17,590 bases of DNA from Gammaproteobacteria bacterium (lineage in GTDB: Bacteria > Pseudomonadota > Gammaproteobacteria > Ga0077536). A program made the translations under genes and the position numbers. Position 1 is the stretch's first letter. Every line of letters begins with the position of its first letter. The notes beneath the pieces were generated by a model. It was given only the letters and a program-made list of their open reading frames with translations, did no database searches and was not told the DNA's origin. Shown piece after piece: positions 16,364-17,590 of this stretch. The stretch covers positions 1-17,590 of the forward strand of contig CAXXLL010000001.1 of the NCBI GenBank assembly GCA_963662545.2, given 5' to 3'.

Positions 16364-17590
16364 ATGCAGGCCGCGCCGGAACAGATGACCAGAATCCTGC
16401 TGATCGAGGATGATGAGGCCGATTACGAGTTGACCTGCGCCATGCTCGATGACGTATCCGGTGTTCACTACGAGATCGATTGGGCACGCGATTACGACGA
16501 CGGACTCAAGGCCATTCGTTCGGCTGCGCACGACGTGTGTCTGCTCGATAATCGACTCGGTGGGCGCAGCGGTCTCGATCTGCTCGACGCGTGTGGTGGT
16601 GCCGTCGCGGCCTTACCGATCATTATCTTGACCGGTGTGGCCGACCGGCAGGTCGATGAAGCCGCCATGGAAGCAGGTGCTGCGGATTTTCTGGTTAACG
16701 ATCAACTCAGTCCCAATATTCTGGAACGGGCGGTCCGCTATGCGACGGAACGTCACCGCTTGCGCGCCGAACTCGTGCGTTTAGCGAAATACGACGCCCT
16801 CACCGGTCTCGCCAGCCGCGTGCGGTTCCAGGATTTTCTGGACGGTGCGATGGCGCGCGCAGACCGCGGCAAGCGCCCCTTGGCACTACTGTTTCTGGAT
16901 CTAGACCACTTCAAATACATCAATGACACCTTCGGCCACCTGACAGGCGACGCATTGCTGGCCGCGGTTGCCGAGCGCCTGAAGGCCTGTGTGCGCACGG
17001 GTGATCTGGTCGCGCGACTCGGCGGTGACGAATTCGCAATCGTTCTCGATGATATCGGTACGACGGATAACGCGGCGCGAGTCGCGCGGAATATCGTCGA
17101 GGCGCTGAAGCAGCCATGCGAAATCGCCGGGCACGAAATCCACGCCCAGACGAGTATCGGTATCGCGCTTTATCCTAACGGCGTCAGCGATAGCGCCGAA
17201 TTGATCAAGGCCGCCGATACGGCGATGTACGAGGCCAAGCACCAGGGACGCAACACGTATCGCTTTTTCGCCCCGTCGATGCAGCAGGCTGCACGGGTAG
17301 CAGTCGACCTCGTAGCGGCGCTTGCTGCAGGACGTTGCTAAGGACCAGTTCGCGATTCATTTTCAACCGCAAGTCGATGCCGCTACGGGCATCATTGTGG
17401 GGATGGAAGCGCTGGCGCGGTGGGGGCGACATCCGCCATCAATATTCATTCCCGCAGCCGAACGCTCCGGTCTGATCATCCCGCTGGGCGATCGACTACT
17501 GCAGCGGGCATGCACGCACTTCAGTCGTTGGTGGCAGTCGGGACTGGCGGGTGTGGACGCGCGTCTAGCGGTCAATGTCTCGGCGGTACA
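16364..17590 (+). pseudogene. REC-GGDEF-EAL response-regulator diguanylate cyclase/phosphodiesterase, frameshifted between GGDEF and EAL; 3'-partial
   Basis: REC (ILLIEDD, VCLLD, IIILTG) and GGDEF (YDALTGL, DLDHFKYINDTFGH, RTGD I-site, RLGGDEF) end at TAA 17339-17341. The +1 frame, open from 17316 to the window end, reads LLQDVAKDQFAIHFQPQVD...GMEALARW...FIPAAERSGLIIPLG...LAVNVSA. Start ATG at 16364 or 16385. Confidence 0.85.

Overview
Bacterial, GC-rich, probably proteobacterial window in two parts. The left ~5.4 kb is a rearranged mobile/defence patch. It starts with a minus-strand ABC-ATPase + TOPRIM (OLD-family-like) gene that runs off the left edge and is missing from the supplied ORF track. 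Next come a 5'-truncated IS3-family element with a mutated catalytic residue and a complete IS21-family element (istA-istB, 2527-5107). The IS21 has no target duplication and joins the IS3 stump to the 3' stump of a cobalamin-independent methionine synthase-like gene. The right ~12 kb is a catabolic/regulatory region: a PucR/CdaR regulator, a YCII-like protein, a perfect 22-bp palindrome, a hydantoinase/oxoprolinase B+A pair, a divergent secreted DUF1329 protein and a GcvT-family N-methyl-amino-acid dehydrogenase/oxidase. It ends with a REC-GGDEF-EAL gene behind a sigma28-like promoter, frameshifted just before EAL. The best leads are the hidden ATPase-TOPRIM candidate defence nuclease, a possible N-methyl-lactam catabolic module, and a ~106-nt strand-biased hairpin inside the IS21 end. 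All calls come from manual reading and motif recognition; no searches were run.
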